A stretch of 64,000 bases of DNA, taken from Takakia lepidozioides (taxonomy: Eukaryota; Plantae; Bryophyta). Position 1 is the first letter of the stretch. Each line of letters begins with the position of its first letter. Both the position numbers and the translations under genes were made by a program. Below the pieces are notes generated by a model that saw nothing but the letters and a program-made list of their open reading frames with translations, ran no database searches and was not told where the DNA came from. Below, in pieces: positions 11,318 through 24,674 of this stretch. The DNA is taken from contig CM060733.1 of assembly GCA_030704615.1 (NCBI GenBank), positions 39,742,001-39,806,000 of the forward strand, written 5' to 3'.

Positions 11318-12985
11318 ATGGCGCCTCTTCACAAGTTTCTAGAGAGATTCCGACGAGATAGTTTGGATTTCTCTTCAAGGAAAACTAGTCCATGGTGGTG
11401 GAGATCCAAAATACCCAAACCCCTCCACAACACACAAGCGGCCCGGACCAAGTTAACTCTTAACCAACTTTTGAAATATAAGATGGATACCAAGTTCACG
11501 ACAAATGAGCTCAACCTCCTGCATGCCAAATTTTACGTAGGACCCACCAGCTCCTCCTGTTCGTTATACCATGCATACGCTAGATCTGTCTTTGATTAAG
11601 AAGCTCATTTATTGAAGACGAATGTTAGAAAACCCTGTGGAGTTCAATGGGGCCACAAATTCAGTTATGGATCGTGTGTCACGTGTCATGAATGTGTGCA
11701 AGGTTTGTACAGTGATATGGAGAGATATGATAGTGAACCCTTGCTTTGACATCTTGATCTTTCAGCAGATTTTGATGTAGCATATGACAAAAACTATGAT
11801 ACATAAACGACGTAAAGGACTGCCTTAGATTTCAAGACTCATATACTACTTAAGTTACGGAGTTCTGCTTCTATCCACTAGGCAAGAAACTCAACATCAA
11901 CAACAAAGACAATATTTTCTGTGTCAAATTGGACTGCTTGGCTTTTGTAAGTAGAATTGATAAAAGTCCCGGTTGGGTAGGCTGTTTGCAAGGAAGGCAC
12001 CGAAAAGATTGGAGCTGAGGAGTTAGTACAAGTAGAGGAGATGAGGGTGAACCCATTTGCACCCCGAATCTGTGAGCTGTTCAGTGGGGATGGAAGTGGT
12101 TACCTTACTTTTGACAAGTTTCTGAATGTCATGTCAGCATTTTCGCACTATACAATTTCAGAGGTCAAAATGGTGTGGGCTTTCGCCCTATGGGATTTTG
12201 ATGGAGATGATGCCATTGGCCCTGGTAAGCCTCAAACTTGGGGATGAATCCATGCAACAGACCTCTTGACATATAAATGATGCAAAAACGAATCTAGTAC
12301 TACATCTCACCTTACGATATACTCCACCCAATGTGCGTTTAAGAGCGCTACTGTACAGTTAAGCCGCACAAAGTAGAACCCCATCTCCCAAATATGATGC
12401 TTTCGGCTATGAGAATGCTACCATGGCGGATCCACTTGTGATCCAAGACTCTGATGCGCATACACGCTTCGTTTGCAAAATAATTCCTAGAACATGACTT
12501 GCAGAAATTGCCAAAGATAAAGAAAGAAAGAAAATCATACTCTCCAATACAAAACCCACGTGGTTCTTCTCACCCATCATCCAAAAGAGGTTCCCAACTT
12601 GGTGACAAGCTTTCGGCAGCTGGGGACTTGAGACCACCCATCCTGATCGGAGAAGAGAAGAGAGAGAAGAATCATCGGTGCTGTAGAAGCTAGATTTCAA
12701 AGGGATGACACAACGATGTTGATACTGCATGCAGAGGACATCTACCAAGGCATTGATCTATTGACATGCTCTGGAGTTGCGCTCCAACCCTCCATCCAAA
12801 CTCTCAAGCGCGTCGCATCCTGCGACGGCTTGGACGTGTTGGAGCTCGACGACGTCGTGACACATGTGACCAACGAAGCGGACCCGCAGAGCTTTGGCCT
12901 CGCCTACCTCGACTTTCGCGGCCTCCTCCTTCGCATGCCCGACCTTCTCTCCAACTTTGAAATCAGCCTCCGTCACAAAGTTTGA
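11318..12985 (+). CDS. Calcium- and integrin-binding (CIB)-like EF-hand protein, about 237 aa; exons 11318-11536, 11981-12224, 12735-12985
   Basis: Phase-consistent GT-AG introns. Motifs KYKMDTKFTTNELNLLHAKF, EMRVNPFAPRICELFS, KMVWAFALWDFDGDD and RMPDLLSNFEI parallel CIB1-type motifs (ELKANPFKERICRVFS, AFRIFDFDDD, RSPDFASSFKI). Confidence 0.85.
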
Positions 12986-14596
12986 GTCCCAAAGTGTCTT
13001 AGTCAGTGTCCTAGTCATTCAAGAAGAGTACAAAAAGCAACAGTCAAGTTTGCAATGTCTGCTCAATCCTCTCCTATATTGTGCAAGAAACTGATTCTCA
13101 AACAAGATTTACCACGGTTGTCTTCCTCACAAACCAACTAGCAGATACAATAAACTAGTATGCATCAACTTCCACCCAATACATACATTTTCCTCCTTGA
13201 ACCAGTTTCCAAAACCATCACGTCTCCAGCCTGCTTCTCGTAATTGCAATTGACGTTCCCGCCGCTTTCGAAGCTGCTGCTGCTCTTCCCATAAGCATTC
13301 AATTGTTTATGTCGCAAAAGCCCCTTTCACCACAACATCTGCCCCATCGTGTTCTCATTTCCCATGCCCAAACCCAAAAATTGCCACCACATCTTGCATC
13401 CACCCTAATGTTATGACATCGAGTGATAAAATACCAAGGTCGATCACCTTTGAATTGTGCAGAACATCTATCTAAAAGTAAATGATGATGTTTGCAAGGA
13501 TGACATGCATCTTGGTACTACTCTACACCATGATGTCTATTGTTCTAGTTGGATTCATGTGTACTACCACATGTGAGCCAACCTCTACACAAGGGTGTGT
13601 AATTTCTTTGTAAAGTCCCATGCCCATTGTATGTTAGCCAACCTTGTTTTAATTTCAACTTATTATAATGGGGACACCCAACTTACATCCATGAGGGATT
13701 GGGAGCACTTGCGAGATGGCCTTGTGCCCAACCACTCTCTCGTCTGTTGGATGCTGCCAACACACCACCCAATAGTGCTCCTAGAGCGGCGTTGATTGAG
13801 ATAAAAATATACTTGTTCGTTTGTCCATACAATTTGGATGTCTCTATTGGGCCAATAATATGATTTTATATTGAATACAAACATCTTTCTAAAAACATTT
13901 TAGAGCATGTAAGAATGTCTAAGCTCCATTACTCCATTACTGTAACTATGTATTGAAGAAAAACATCTTGATCTAGGATTAATGTCTCAACTTCATTAAT
14001 GTAAGTGCTTATTGAACAAAGCATCATTTTAAAAGATCTCTAAATGATTTGAGATCTTTGCCCCATTAATGAGTATGACTGTTTATTGAATACATGCATG
14101 TTTTAAAAGAACTTTCCTAGGTTTAAGAATATTTTTGGAAAAAACAGTGACATGATAATGAACATTTCAAGGTGCCATTTGATGAACAAATCGTGCATCT
14201 TTATTTATGTCTTGGTTTACTAATGTAATTGTTTAGACATATAGACATCTTTTAAAGAATCTTTAGAAGATCAAGGCATTTTGCTTGTGAGATGTGTTGT
14301 AAGTGAACGTACAACTTTTCAAAGTATACCGTTAGATTAGTAAATCATACTCCAGTGAATCGTCCGTTTAATGGAAGTGAGGCAAAGTTAATTGAAAATG
14401 AAAGTGAGCATTTGGCTTTCTAAGCGTGCCGTTTAGACCATTAAATCATGCCTCTCTAAATGAAGTTTTATTAAATTATGGTGCGTTAGTGGGCTCTGTT
14501 GATTGGAAGTGAGGTAAAGCTTATTGGCAAATGAAATGGTAATTTGGCTTTCCATATTTCTTACGCAGGGTCTTAAAGCAATTGGTAAAACTGTTA

Positions 14597-15045
14597 CAGT
14601 CGACCCTGGATAATTGTTAAGCCTATAAATTTATAACATTTATGTAGATACATCAGATAACAGAAATATAGGTCAAAATCCAAAACATCAATAAAGCATG
14701 TAAAAAATAACAAAAATAACAGTTGGAAAGGTCTAGGGTTTAGTACATACATCCTTCACTGCCTATAGTATTTCTTCAATCCTACAGAATACAATATTTA
14801 TTCATGAAAAATACACATGGATGAATGATAAGAGTTGAGTTTTCTCAAACCAACTATATTAAGGCTCCGCATAAGACCTAACAACTATGGAGGTGTGCTA
14901 ACAAAGAGGAGAGCCATATTTTCATAACACATATCAAATAACGCTCTCATGCCATTTTCATGTGTAAATTTTTACAAAGCAAAGAGTTCATAACATTAAG
15001 GGTGACATAACAAAAAAGCAGGTAACATTTATCCAGGGTCGACTA
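14597..15045. mobile_element. Tc1/mariner (pogo-like) MITE
   Basis: TIRs CAGTCGACCCTGGATAA / TTATCCAGGGTCGACT(A), TA on both flanks (14595-14596, 15046-15047), no ORF. Confidence 0.85.
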
Positions 15046-17281
15046 TACAAGAAGTATCACTCACTTTTCATCCCTCGTCTTAAGTCTGTCCAAGATGACT
15101 ACAATTCACCATTCGAGTATACCAACACTCAATAAATAATTCCCACAGAACTTGAAATTAGTTTGTGAATTTATCAGATGCCGATGAATTTGGGGTCCCA
15201 CTACATTTGTAAATATCTCAGTTAAAAATATAATTACAAATACATATATTAGGAAGACATGGATTCAAAAACTTCACAGCCATATTGCAAGTGACAAAAA
15301 CCACATATTCATGTTGCTTCGTCAAAGATGGATGTGCCATTACTTTTGATTCCATGGCCTCGTTCAATTATAGCCTCATTCCCTTCACATTCCTCATCAT
15401 AATACTAAGGCGGCCTACCCGGAGTTGATGAGTAGACGTGATTTTTCTCACAAATTTGAGACATAAAGAAGACGAATGCTCATCCATGACCTAAAATGGT
15501 AAGATGAATGAAAGTTCCGGGGAACGGATGAAACAGGAGACGGAAGAGCGGGTGAACGCAGCGTGCCGGGCCGGCTGGGCACGTGCCCACGGCCCTCACC
15601 CCTGCGCTAGAGCGTGCCCCGCCCCAGCCGGTCCATAGTGACCGGGCGACCGGATAGTATCTAACCGTCTGGATTCAGACGCGGTCCTGAGGCAGTTAAC
15701 TGTCAGTTATCATTCGCACATGGTGTGCGCTGACGGACGTCAGTTATATTTCCGTCGCATAAGGAACGAGAAAAGTCGACGTCGTCCTTCTTTGCCATCG
15801 GTTGAATACAGATACTACCATGGATGTACGAAGGATGGATCCAGTGCAACTATTCATTTATTTGTTCTGTCCTCCCTATGTGCATCCAAAACTCACAGGA
15901 TGAACCTGCTGCCGGATGTCAACCATGGTTAGGCTGTCGGCAACCGGATGACCGGCCAGCAGTCGTCTTCCCTTCACTACGCAAAACTGGGAAGGAGGTA
16001 CTTGTCGCTGTGAAGCAGGCCTCGGCATTGCGTGTGTGCAGAGATCAGCGAAGAAGACGAAGATTATCGAACAAGACAGAGTTTTGGGGACTTAACCTTT
16101 GCATTTTGATTCCGCTTTGAGCTGTGGAGTGCAGATTGAAGGCAAAGGAGTGCTGGGTTGGACTGAGGAGGGCAGGCAGAGCGGAAGGTATTTTGTTCTT
16201 GGGCTCGACTCGAGGGGAGAGAGAGGGAGAGAGAGAGAGAGGGCGACCAGGAATTTCTCGAATTACAGCAAAGGAAGGGAAGGAGGGAGAAGAAGCGGTT
16301 GTGACAAGCCGATAAAGAGACTGGTCGTGGTCATGGTCATTCTAACGTTTGTTTGTCGGAGGGAGATAGATTGACTCATTTTATGGATTGGGTCGTCTCT
16401 TCTTCTTGAAATAGTTGTAGCGACTTTTATGCTCCAGGAAATTAGATTTTTCGATTATTGTCTGACGGCATTTTCAAAGATCTTATTGATCCTATTGCAC
16501 TGAGAGAATGTCTTTCATCTGATTTCTAAGAGTTTAATCTCTTGTGATGCATTTCAATCTTGCTGGGAGAGTACCAAGGCTTCCGCCTTAGTTTTTAACC
16601 CTCTTCAGAGAGGAAAGAGAAGCGTCAACTTTTCTACGCAGTCAGCGAGTCTTGAAGTTCTTCTTCTTCCTGCCTTCAGTCGTGGGGCACTAGGTATTGA
16701 GTTGCATCCTTTATGGCTGCAGGTATTTTTGGAGGATATTTTTTAATCCAGGAGCTGTGACAGTAAGTTACAGTTTCGTTCAGAATTCGGGCTTAGGAGA
16801 CATTCATCCCAGAAATTTGGTGGAGGCTCTGATCTGAAGCTCGAGAGTCGAGAGGGGGAATGGAATGTATTGCACTAGGGGCTTCGACATGGCAAGGAGT
16901 GACGGGCGGTGCCTGCTATACATACTCTTCTATCGGAAATTCGACCTCTGGCGCCTCACCATCTCTTGCCAGGTAACAAGTTCCTACTTCGATGGCGTGG
17001 ATGTGGCTAAAGGAAGATATGGATCAAAGGAAAGGCGGGGTGGTAGTTAGACCGTTGTGTTGGATTTCCCTTTTCTATGAGTGGTTTCTTATTTTAATGC
17101 CCAGTTTTCAAATAGTCTAGCAATCGGACGAGGGAAGTGAAGGTTACGACTGGATGAACCCCAGAGTGTTCCAACCTTTGCGCCCGATCCGAGCAGGAAC
17201 CTGTGTTAGTAAATGTGTCTCGCCGTAAGTGGTACCTTGATCTCAACACGACAACCTACTCCTGTGGGGCTCTCAGCTACG

Positions 17282-19182
17282 ATGGCCTCCTCGTTGGAAG
17301 CCTGCCCAAGGTAGCATATTGAAGTCCTGAGGTGGTTGTGAAGTTTGGACTTTCTACAGTTCATTGGTTTCGCACTGACTTATCGTTAATTTAGGCACAT
17401 GTGGATTGTAAGCGATCTTTGCTTTTTGTGGATCTGCTATCTAAGTCATGGATATTGATTGCAGGGTGCAAGCATTGGAGGTAACATCAGCCACACAAGG
17501 GTGCCTTAGGACCGGTGTGCCCAGTTTCTCCTTTTGGCTGTTGGGCTGTTGATATGACGTTTGTGATTTGGCAGTAAAACTACTGTTTATGGAATGGTAT
17601 CTATTAGCACATGAAAGTGTGAGAGCTGAAATTTAGAATTGTTCACCAGTCTCTTCATATGGTCTCCAAATTGCACATTGTTCGTTCTGGTTACTGCTTT
17701 TACTGCCCAAAGAGTGATAAGTTTCGGAATACGGACCTTGCTTGCTTGCTTGGAACCAAAGATGGTCCATCCTCCCTAGTTTAAGCCAGTATCAAGTTCC
17801 CTCCTTTGTTTTGGGTGGAGGGTGGTGGGCAGTGTTTGTAGTTGGTATCATAGCTTGAAGGCCTGCAATGTCTACTTATTGTTCTGCAAGTGATGTATTA
17901 TGAAAATTCAATGATGCACATCATTTGAAGACTGCTAGTTGGCCCAGCAATGAAATACCAGAGCACCTCCTCTTCCAATTAGATGCAGGCATTATCATTT
18001 TGGTTGCATGGTTTGGAGAGATGTTCTACTCGGTGTTTCATGGCTCAGTCTTGCAATTGAGTTTGGATGTTCAGGTCTGCTGGCTCATTTGCAGAGAAGT
18101 AGAGAGGGGAAGTCCAAAAAGCTTCTTTGGTTTCTGAACTTCTGGGCTGTCCCAACACTTCATGGTTACTGATTCTACCAGTTTAAATCTGTCCTTGTTA
18201 CATTTTGCAGCATGGGAAGAGGGATTGGAGATACAGTCTTCTGGCAACACCTTTAGACAGAAATTTGGAGAGTCTTCTTCGAGGAGGAAAACACTTGGAA
18301 CAATAAAGGCAGTGAGTGCTGTCCATGCAGAAGCAACGACACATGCTGATCTGACCAGAATTAATGTCCGTTGCTTCAATCAGCCATGTGGGCCCGAACT
18401 AGGAACAGTGAGTTGCCAGCAGCTGGAAAAATGGGTAGAGGGTTCTGTCTTGGAGGTGTGTACTTGCTCTTTGGCCATGTTCACTATATGTGGTATGCAA
18501 AAAACACACAGGGTGCCTATGGGTTTTCGTGAAATGTCATTTATTGGAATGTATAAACAATTGAACTGTGTTGGCTGCTGGGGCCCCCATCCTGCCCTTC
18601 TCTCTGGCATGCTCAGCTCATCAACCTCACACTGAGTTTTCTGTTCTGCGCTCCTTGTTGCTATGTAGGCTACAGTGAGCTAGCATCAGTTGCTTTGAGA
18701 AGCTAACCGTGTTTGAATGTGTGCATTCGCAGATTGTGAGACACTTGCAGGAGGCTCCTTTCTTGCACTTTGTGTTTGATACAAAGAGTACGTCAAGGAG
18801 AACTGAATGGCAGAGGGTTTCAGAAGACCTCTTTGACAAACCTGACTGTTGGCCCCATTTACGAGACTCTCTATTGGAAATTGCACCAGATGGAGTGATT
18901 CTAGTGCAACAATTAGACGAAGAGGACCTGGCTAACTGCTCATGCAATGGGGAGCATGCTAAGATTGCAAATGACTGTATCACCACAGCGGCTGATGGGT
19001 CTGGTACCACTGATACTTGGGGGGTGTTGGTGCAAGCTTGCAGTGTTCAGCTACACGCCTGCTACTTACTGAAGACGACACGGGTCCTATCAACCACCGG
19101 CACATGCACAAGGTTCTGTTTGGTACGGGTCAAATGTTTTGGGCCTTCGTTTTCTTCTCAGCTCGAAAATGTCTGGTTGTAG
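17282..19182 (+). CDS. Conserved plant protein of unknown function (DUF7804-like); exons 17282-17310, 17465-17514, 18211-18455, 18733-19182
   Basis: Phase-consistent splice sites. Motifs LEKWVEGSVLEIVRHLQEAPFL, WGVLVQ, ACYLLKTTR, CTRFCLVRVKCF..QLENVWL. The first two exons and the DUF label are less certain. Confidence 0.75.
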
Positions 19183-19659
19183 TTTATAGAGCCCACCCTT
19201 CAAGAATGAGGGCATAGAGGAAAGAAGGTTTTGATTCCTTTTCCTATTTAAAAAATCTGGTCCACAAAATTGTGCACCACGGAAATGCAATGATTTGTGC
19301 CATAATTGGTGATCAAGTCCTCAAACATGTTCAGAGTTTGAGGCTAGTTCATTGAGGCAGCTGTGAGCCTCTGGATGCTCGTACTAGCGGGCCATTCAGG
19401 AACAACTGTACCATAAAAGGTTATTTCTCAATAGAAACAAGAACTCAATCACTCTTTTGATTTGCGCTTGCCTAGGTCGCTATCCATCATATTCAGGAAT
19501 TCTGGGCCCTTCATCCCATTTCTCGGGAGTGCTGTTGTGGGTAGGTTTGTCCACAACATGGAACTCCCTCTTCTCTTCCATATTAAGCTCTGTAAATCGA
19601 AGGATGTTTAACTCTCTTCCTGTCTTCATTCTTTCTAGAAGCTGTCCTTATATTTAAGA

Positions 19660-19966
19660 GCCACTTTATACTACAGGGAAGTGTCAAGCAAACCGGCTGA
19701 CACTTGTAAGTGCTTCCTGGAGGTGATGCCCTGACCTTTCTTAGCCAAATTGATGAGCTAATGTGTGTAGGGCAAGTGAGGAATGTCGGCCAAGCTGAAG
19801 AAGTTGCCTACCAAGTATTTGTTCTTGGCTCGTCCAAGACCTTCTCAAGCTTCTCCAACTGCTCCTTGACAACCTTCTCATTGGTAGTCAACCCCTTGAA
19901 GGACCCGAACACCAACTGGAATACGATGCTTGCTACTTCAGGGTGGTACTTCTGTAACTCAATATC
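19660..19966 (-). pseudogene. Phi-class glutathione S-transferase C-terminal fragment
   Basis: IELQKYHPEVASIVFQLVFGSFKGLTTNEKVVKEQLEKLEKVLD, then a deletion/frameshift, then AKNKYLVGNFFSLADIPHLPYTH and a stop. Confidence 0.85.
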
Positions 19967-20099
19967 TGGTCATCGCACAAGACTTTGCTGATCATGATAT
20001 GGAAAACGAGACCAGTTCTTGTCACGAACAACATGTGGAACAGCAAATAAGTAGTTCTGATGCAAGATCTTCGACCGAGTCAACCACTTCTACTTCTGT

Positions 20100-23000
20100 A
20101 TTACAAAGACTGACGCTCAGCAATTGATGTTCATCCATCGCTCTTGCCTCAAGCAGCAGATCTACCGATCGCCATCGAGCTACTAGTTAAAGAAGTGGAG
20201 ATAAGCAGAGCTTAGAAGAAAATGTACGTGAAAATGATGATATTCAGTATCAATGAAGCTGGCTTGCGGCGCCAATCAGATCATCTATTAGGGAGTTCTA
20301 GAGCAACTGGTTGTGCCATTTAGAGTTCTCACCAAAGAGTGTCAAATCACCATCCTGGGATCGCTCCAAAGGGCTGCACAACCAAAAGATGTAAACGTGA
20401 GAGAAATCTGAAGGAAAGTGCAAATGTCTTAGACCTCAACAGCAATCCACCAGATCTAGAAGACGAATGCCAATGGATTTTCTCACTTATGAAGGCTCAC
20501 TATAACACAATGTCAAGACAGCCATCCAGACAGAAGCAATCAAGAAACAGATTCTTCTAGAGATCATAACTTTGTCGGCTAAGACTAGGGGCATACACAA
20601 AAGAGGACAAAACACGATAGTCAGCTGACAAATGAATGCCCCCACGAACAGAATCCTAAGAGTCCACGCGAGTGATCTGAGCTGATCAACAACTTCCTCA
20701 AGTGAAGACAGGAAAGCATTACATACCTACAACTTCAGGTACTCGGGCTTTTCTGCAGCTCACAGGCTCAAGTACAAAATCCTCCACATTCTTCTCAGAC
20801 AGGGTGGGCAAAACAAGTCTGGGCAAGCAGAACTGGCAAGCCCGTAGATCTTCAATGGCATGGTTATCGTGCGGATCTCTCAATCAACACTCGCACTTAA
20901 ACAGCAGTTTCTTCTCTCCAACAAACTAAGAAACTAAACCAACAAGACACAAAGTACTCCTCTCCTTTGCTACACAATTTTGCCACAAATTCACTCTCAG
21001 AATTATTGGAAGAAAAAGCTGATTCTCAGTGGAAGACAGATCAATATGTAAGAGCAACTTTTGATTAAGCCAGACAATCAGTTTGGAATCAGTGAGTTGT
21101 GCAGTGCTTATACAAGGGCTCATTTCAGGCTTATAAGGCTGTACAGGGCTGTAAGTCATTTTTCCGTGGAACACAGGCAAATCTGTCAAAATTTAGTAAG
21201 TAACTCTTACCTCTGGGCTATGAGCCCAGAGTCCCCACCAGACACCAGCCCTCCTGAAGCTTCTTGTCTGTTTGATCCTGCCAGGGTATGGCCAGGAATT
21301 GCCCTAGGCCCGTGGCTGACTACAACTCCAATGAAGGCGATGGAGTGCTGATCTAACAAAGACACTCCAGATCAAACTGAAAGTCCCGAAATCAATCACA
21401 GGTCATCCTCTGAACTCTACAACCGCTCCACATCCATGGGAGCACTGTCAGTCGCTTGCTGTATATCTTTCTGCTCCTGAACATGATCCCGCCAATCTAC
21501 TGTCAGATTCCTTCTGCAATGCACCCACTCACAGTTTTGAAGTACTGCACCTGTGTCCAGCATCTTAAACATTGCTTAATGTCCCTGACCAACACACGTT
21601 TTCAGCCTCAATTGGAACAAAACCCCCAGTTAAGGTCAACCCCTGCATAATCCAAATGTCAGTTTTAGAGATGAACCTGTGTTCACCCATCAAAACTGGA
21701 AAATACAGGAAAAGATGGATGTTGCACTGTCTTTTGTAAGACCCAGAGGCAAAATACCTGTAGGTCAGGTTCTAAGGTTTTGGCATCTCCTTCCATCTTG
21801 CTTGCCTGCTGTTGGTCTTGTGGTTCGTCGAAAGAAATGGCCACTTGGTCAACAGCGGATCATGCTTACCATCTAAGTTGGCTCTTGGCTTGCCATCTCT
21901 TCTACACCCTCTTCTTGAACGCTCCCTGTGAATTTGCAGAAGCATCTACACCAGCCTCCTGCCATGGCGCCACCAGAACCATTACTGTCACCTTCCATAA
22001 TGCTACTTGGCTCTATCATGCTCTCATCCCATACCCCTACACCTCTACTCCCTTTATGTCATTCAAACTGGGCGCTGGTCTCTTGCCACAAGTTGGCGAT
22101 GCAGGACAGCCAGTACAACTGAGTATGCTGTCTATCCCTCTTTGCCACCATATGCAGTTCACCTTAATGTCCTGAGCAGGGGCCTCTGATAGATTGGCAT
22201 CCAGCTCCGTTATCTCCATGACTTTCTGGTCCTCACCCTGCGCCTGTGCTACAGCTTCGGCTTCCTCAGCAGCCTTTCTGGCTGCTTCATCTTCCTTCTG
22301 TGCCAGGATAACAGAAACCTGCACAGAAAAAATATCTTCGGGTATTCTGACATAACAATGTATAAAAGCTTGCCGATATAACCTCAGGTCCCTACAAAGT
22401 GTTTGGCACTGGAATCACATTGAAAGGCAATGTCAGATAACGTCAATGCCAGCCCTAACTCCTACAACTCATAACCCAGCTGTTGTCTCTTTAGCACTCG
22501 CTGCCATGGCATCGGGCTTAGTTTCACACCCAAGTGGTAAAACCCACCACCGGCACGGTGAGGTTACAATCCCAAGGGGACTGTACCCTCCAAGGACACG
22601 TCATAGCCGATGTTACAGTAAGTCAATAAACTTCTGAAATAGCCATCGACATAGAGTGACAGAAGATGAGGCGAAGACCTACAGACAAGAACTGCAAGGA
22701 TTATGGAACACTCTCCTCTGTGCCAGCCTCCTTTACACCTGTGGCAATCCCCCAGAACAATCACTGAGCAAACACACTCAATAGCTTGAATGCCAAATCC
22801 ATACTCACGTACTAGAGACGGATACAGCCACAGGACTCCATTTGTAAAGAAGCACCCGTGATGAGGTAGCCGAAGGAGAAGTCGTAGGCACGGGTACCCA
22901 TGACTTCCGCCATCGCCTCACAGGCCCATGGAACACTGATGCGGGACCATGCCTTGTGGATGACCTGCTTCCCATTCTCGTACTCCCTGCCGCTCCCTCC

Positions 23001-23100
23001 ATCTTGCCAAATTCAAATAGATGTCGTCTAACTAAGCTCTCCCTTACTGTGATAGTCGATCTGGTAGTTAGAGCGCCTCTTTGGTGCATGAAACGAAGCG
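20100..23100 (-). mobile_element. Highly decayed non-LTR (LINE-like) retroelement remnant
   Basis: Broken ORF1-like pieces (FWGLP; YLTLPF followed by a degenerate zinc knuckle near 22380-22440) with many stops. Boundaries are approximate. Confidence 0.3.
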
Positions 23101-24674
23101 CATTCTGAATAGGTTTCCACTGGTTTACTGCAGACCTACCAACCTATTGTCCATTTGGTAATGGGTCGGCGGAGGCCTGGCCCGTGATTGACTATAATGG
23201 GCTGGTCAGCTGGGTGGATTTCTGATTGTTTCTGCAAGATGTATTCACCACGATTTGTTCAAGGACCGAGCTTCTCAAAGTGAATCTGTCTATGCATAAG
23301 TAATCGTAAGTCGATTATGTGAGTATATCCATCGCATGTTTGCAGTGCAGGAGAGGAGTAGATCTCGTAGCTGTGGTGCTGGCTGTGGGTTTAGGGATCC
23401 ATGTTTAACTGCATAAAGTGAGCAGCCTTCTGAAGGCAGTTAGAATCTCTAAATCAGCTCGCCATCGGACTCTTGGAGGCTCGTAGACGATGTGCCGGTT
23501 GTACCGTTGAAATTATTGGTTGAGGTCTTATAGGAATGTCCGTCAGGATATGTATTGAGCAAGAAACAAAAAGATGTAGCAGGGGAAGGTGCGTGAGTGG
23601 TCCCCGAAAGAAGAGAGCATCCATTATTACAATTTCAACTTCTCCAGACTATGCTTCCTCAGGCTCAAGATCCACCGAGGCCCGGCTTTTGAAGAATCTT
23701 GCAGCATGGACGACCTACCGAAAGTGGATTGCCCATCTGCTTATGGCTCGGGGGTTTTTCATCAGCCTGAATAGCGAGGCCGCACTCAAAAGAGGTAACG
23801 TTGTCTTGTGACTTCAATTCTTATGGGTTGAGGATAACTTCGAAATACAGAAGAGAGAGACACAGAAGGATCAATTGCCGTGGCCATGTGACTTAAGGGG
23901 GGATGGACAAGAGCAGGAAGAGCGATATACTACATAGACGGCTCGCTCTAGTAGTGGGACTGATCACGTTATATACACTTGGATTGGCCCTCCAGAATTT
24001 CACTAGAAGGATCTTGATTCTGCCATCAATATTCATCCCTAGAATTCAGACCGCAGAGGGCCTCGGCTTTCATCGGTGTCACGAGCTTCGAAGCGAGCTC
24101 TTTGAACGGAGCAAAAAGAGGTGCAATGACAGTCTGAATGATGCTTTCAAATAGCCTCTAGTACCCATTAGACATATCCCAAAACATAGCGGTACAGAGC
24201 CGACATGAGGAAATTTACTTTGCACAATTCAGCCTGGGCTTTCAGAGGAGAGGTCCTTTAGGTGCTCTTTCAACTTCTCCCTCACGCCAGTTGTGTCGAC
24301 TTTTTTTATCTCAACCTTCCTCTTTTGTTCGCAGTTTTGTTTTAGTGCCCTCAACCTCGCTTTCATGCTACTGACCCTGTTTCCTCTCACTGGCGTGTCT
24401 TCAAGCTCGCTTTCCACGACCCTTACGACAGAACGCCCTCCTTCAGATGTGGAGAGTTCTCCTTAGCCCCCAAGCGCGAAGACAGTTGCTCCCTTAAGAA
24501 CTTGACGGTTCCTCGGCCTGCTGAGGTCTCCTTCTCCTCATATTCTTATCTTCTCTTTCTATCCTCTGCTCTTCCTACGTTCGTCCTCCCCTCTTCTTCC
24601 TCTTTTTTTTCTTACCTCTGTTCTTTCCATTCGTCTTGCATAGTAGGGGCATTCATTTTGTGTTTTATACAGCG

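Noticed and set aside
13860-14560. Degenerate AT-rich repeats (ttattgaa..catctttt; ggaagtgagg..tttggctttc x2)
   Set aside because: Too eroded to define a unit or family.
23500-24450. Possible coding remnant upstream of gene A
   Set aside because: No recognisable motif in any frame.
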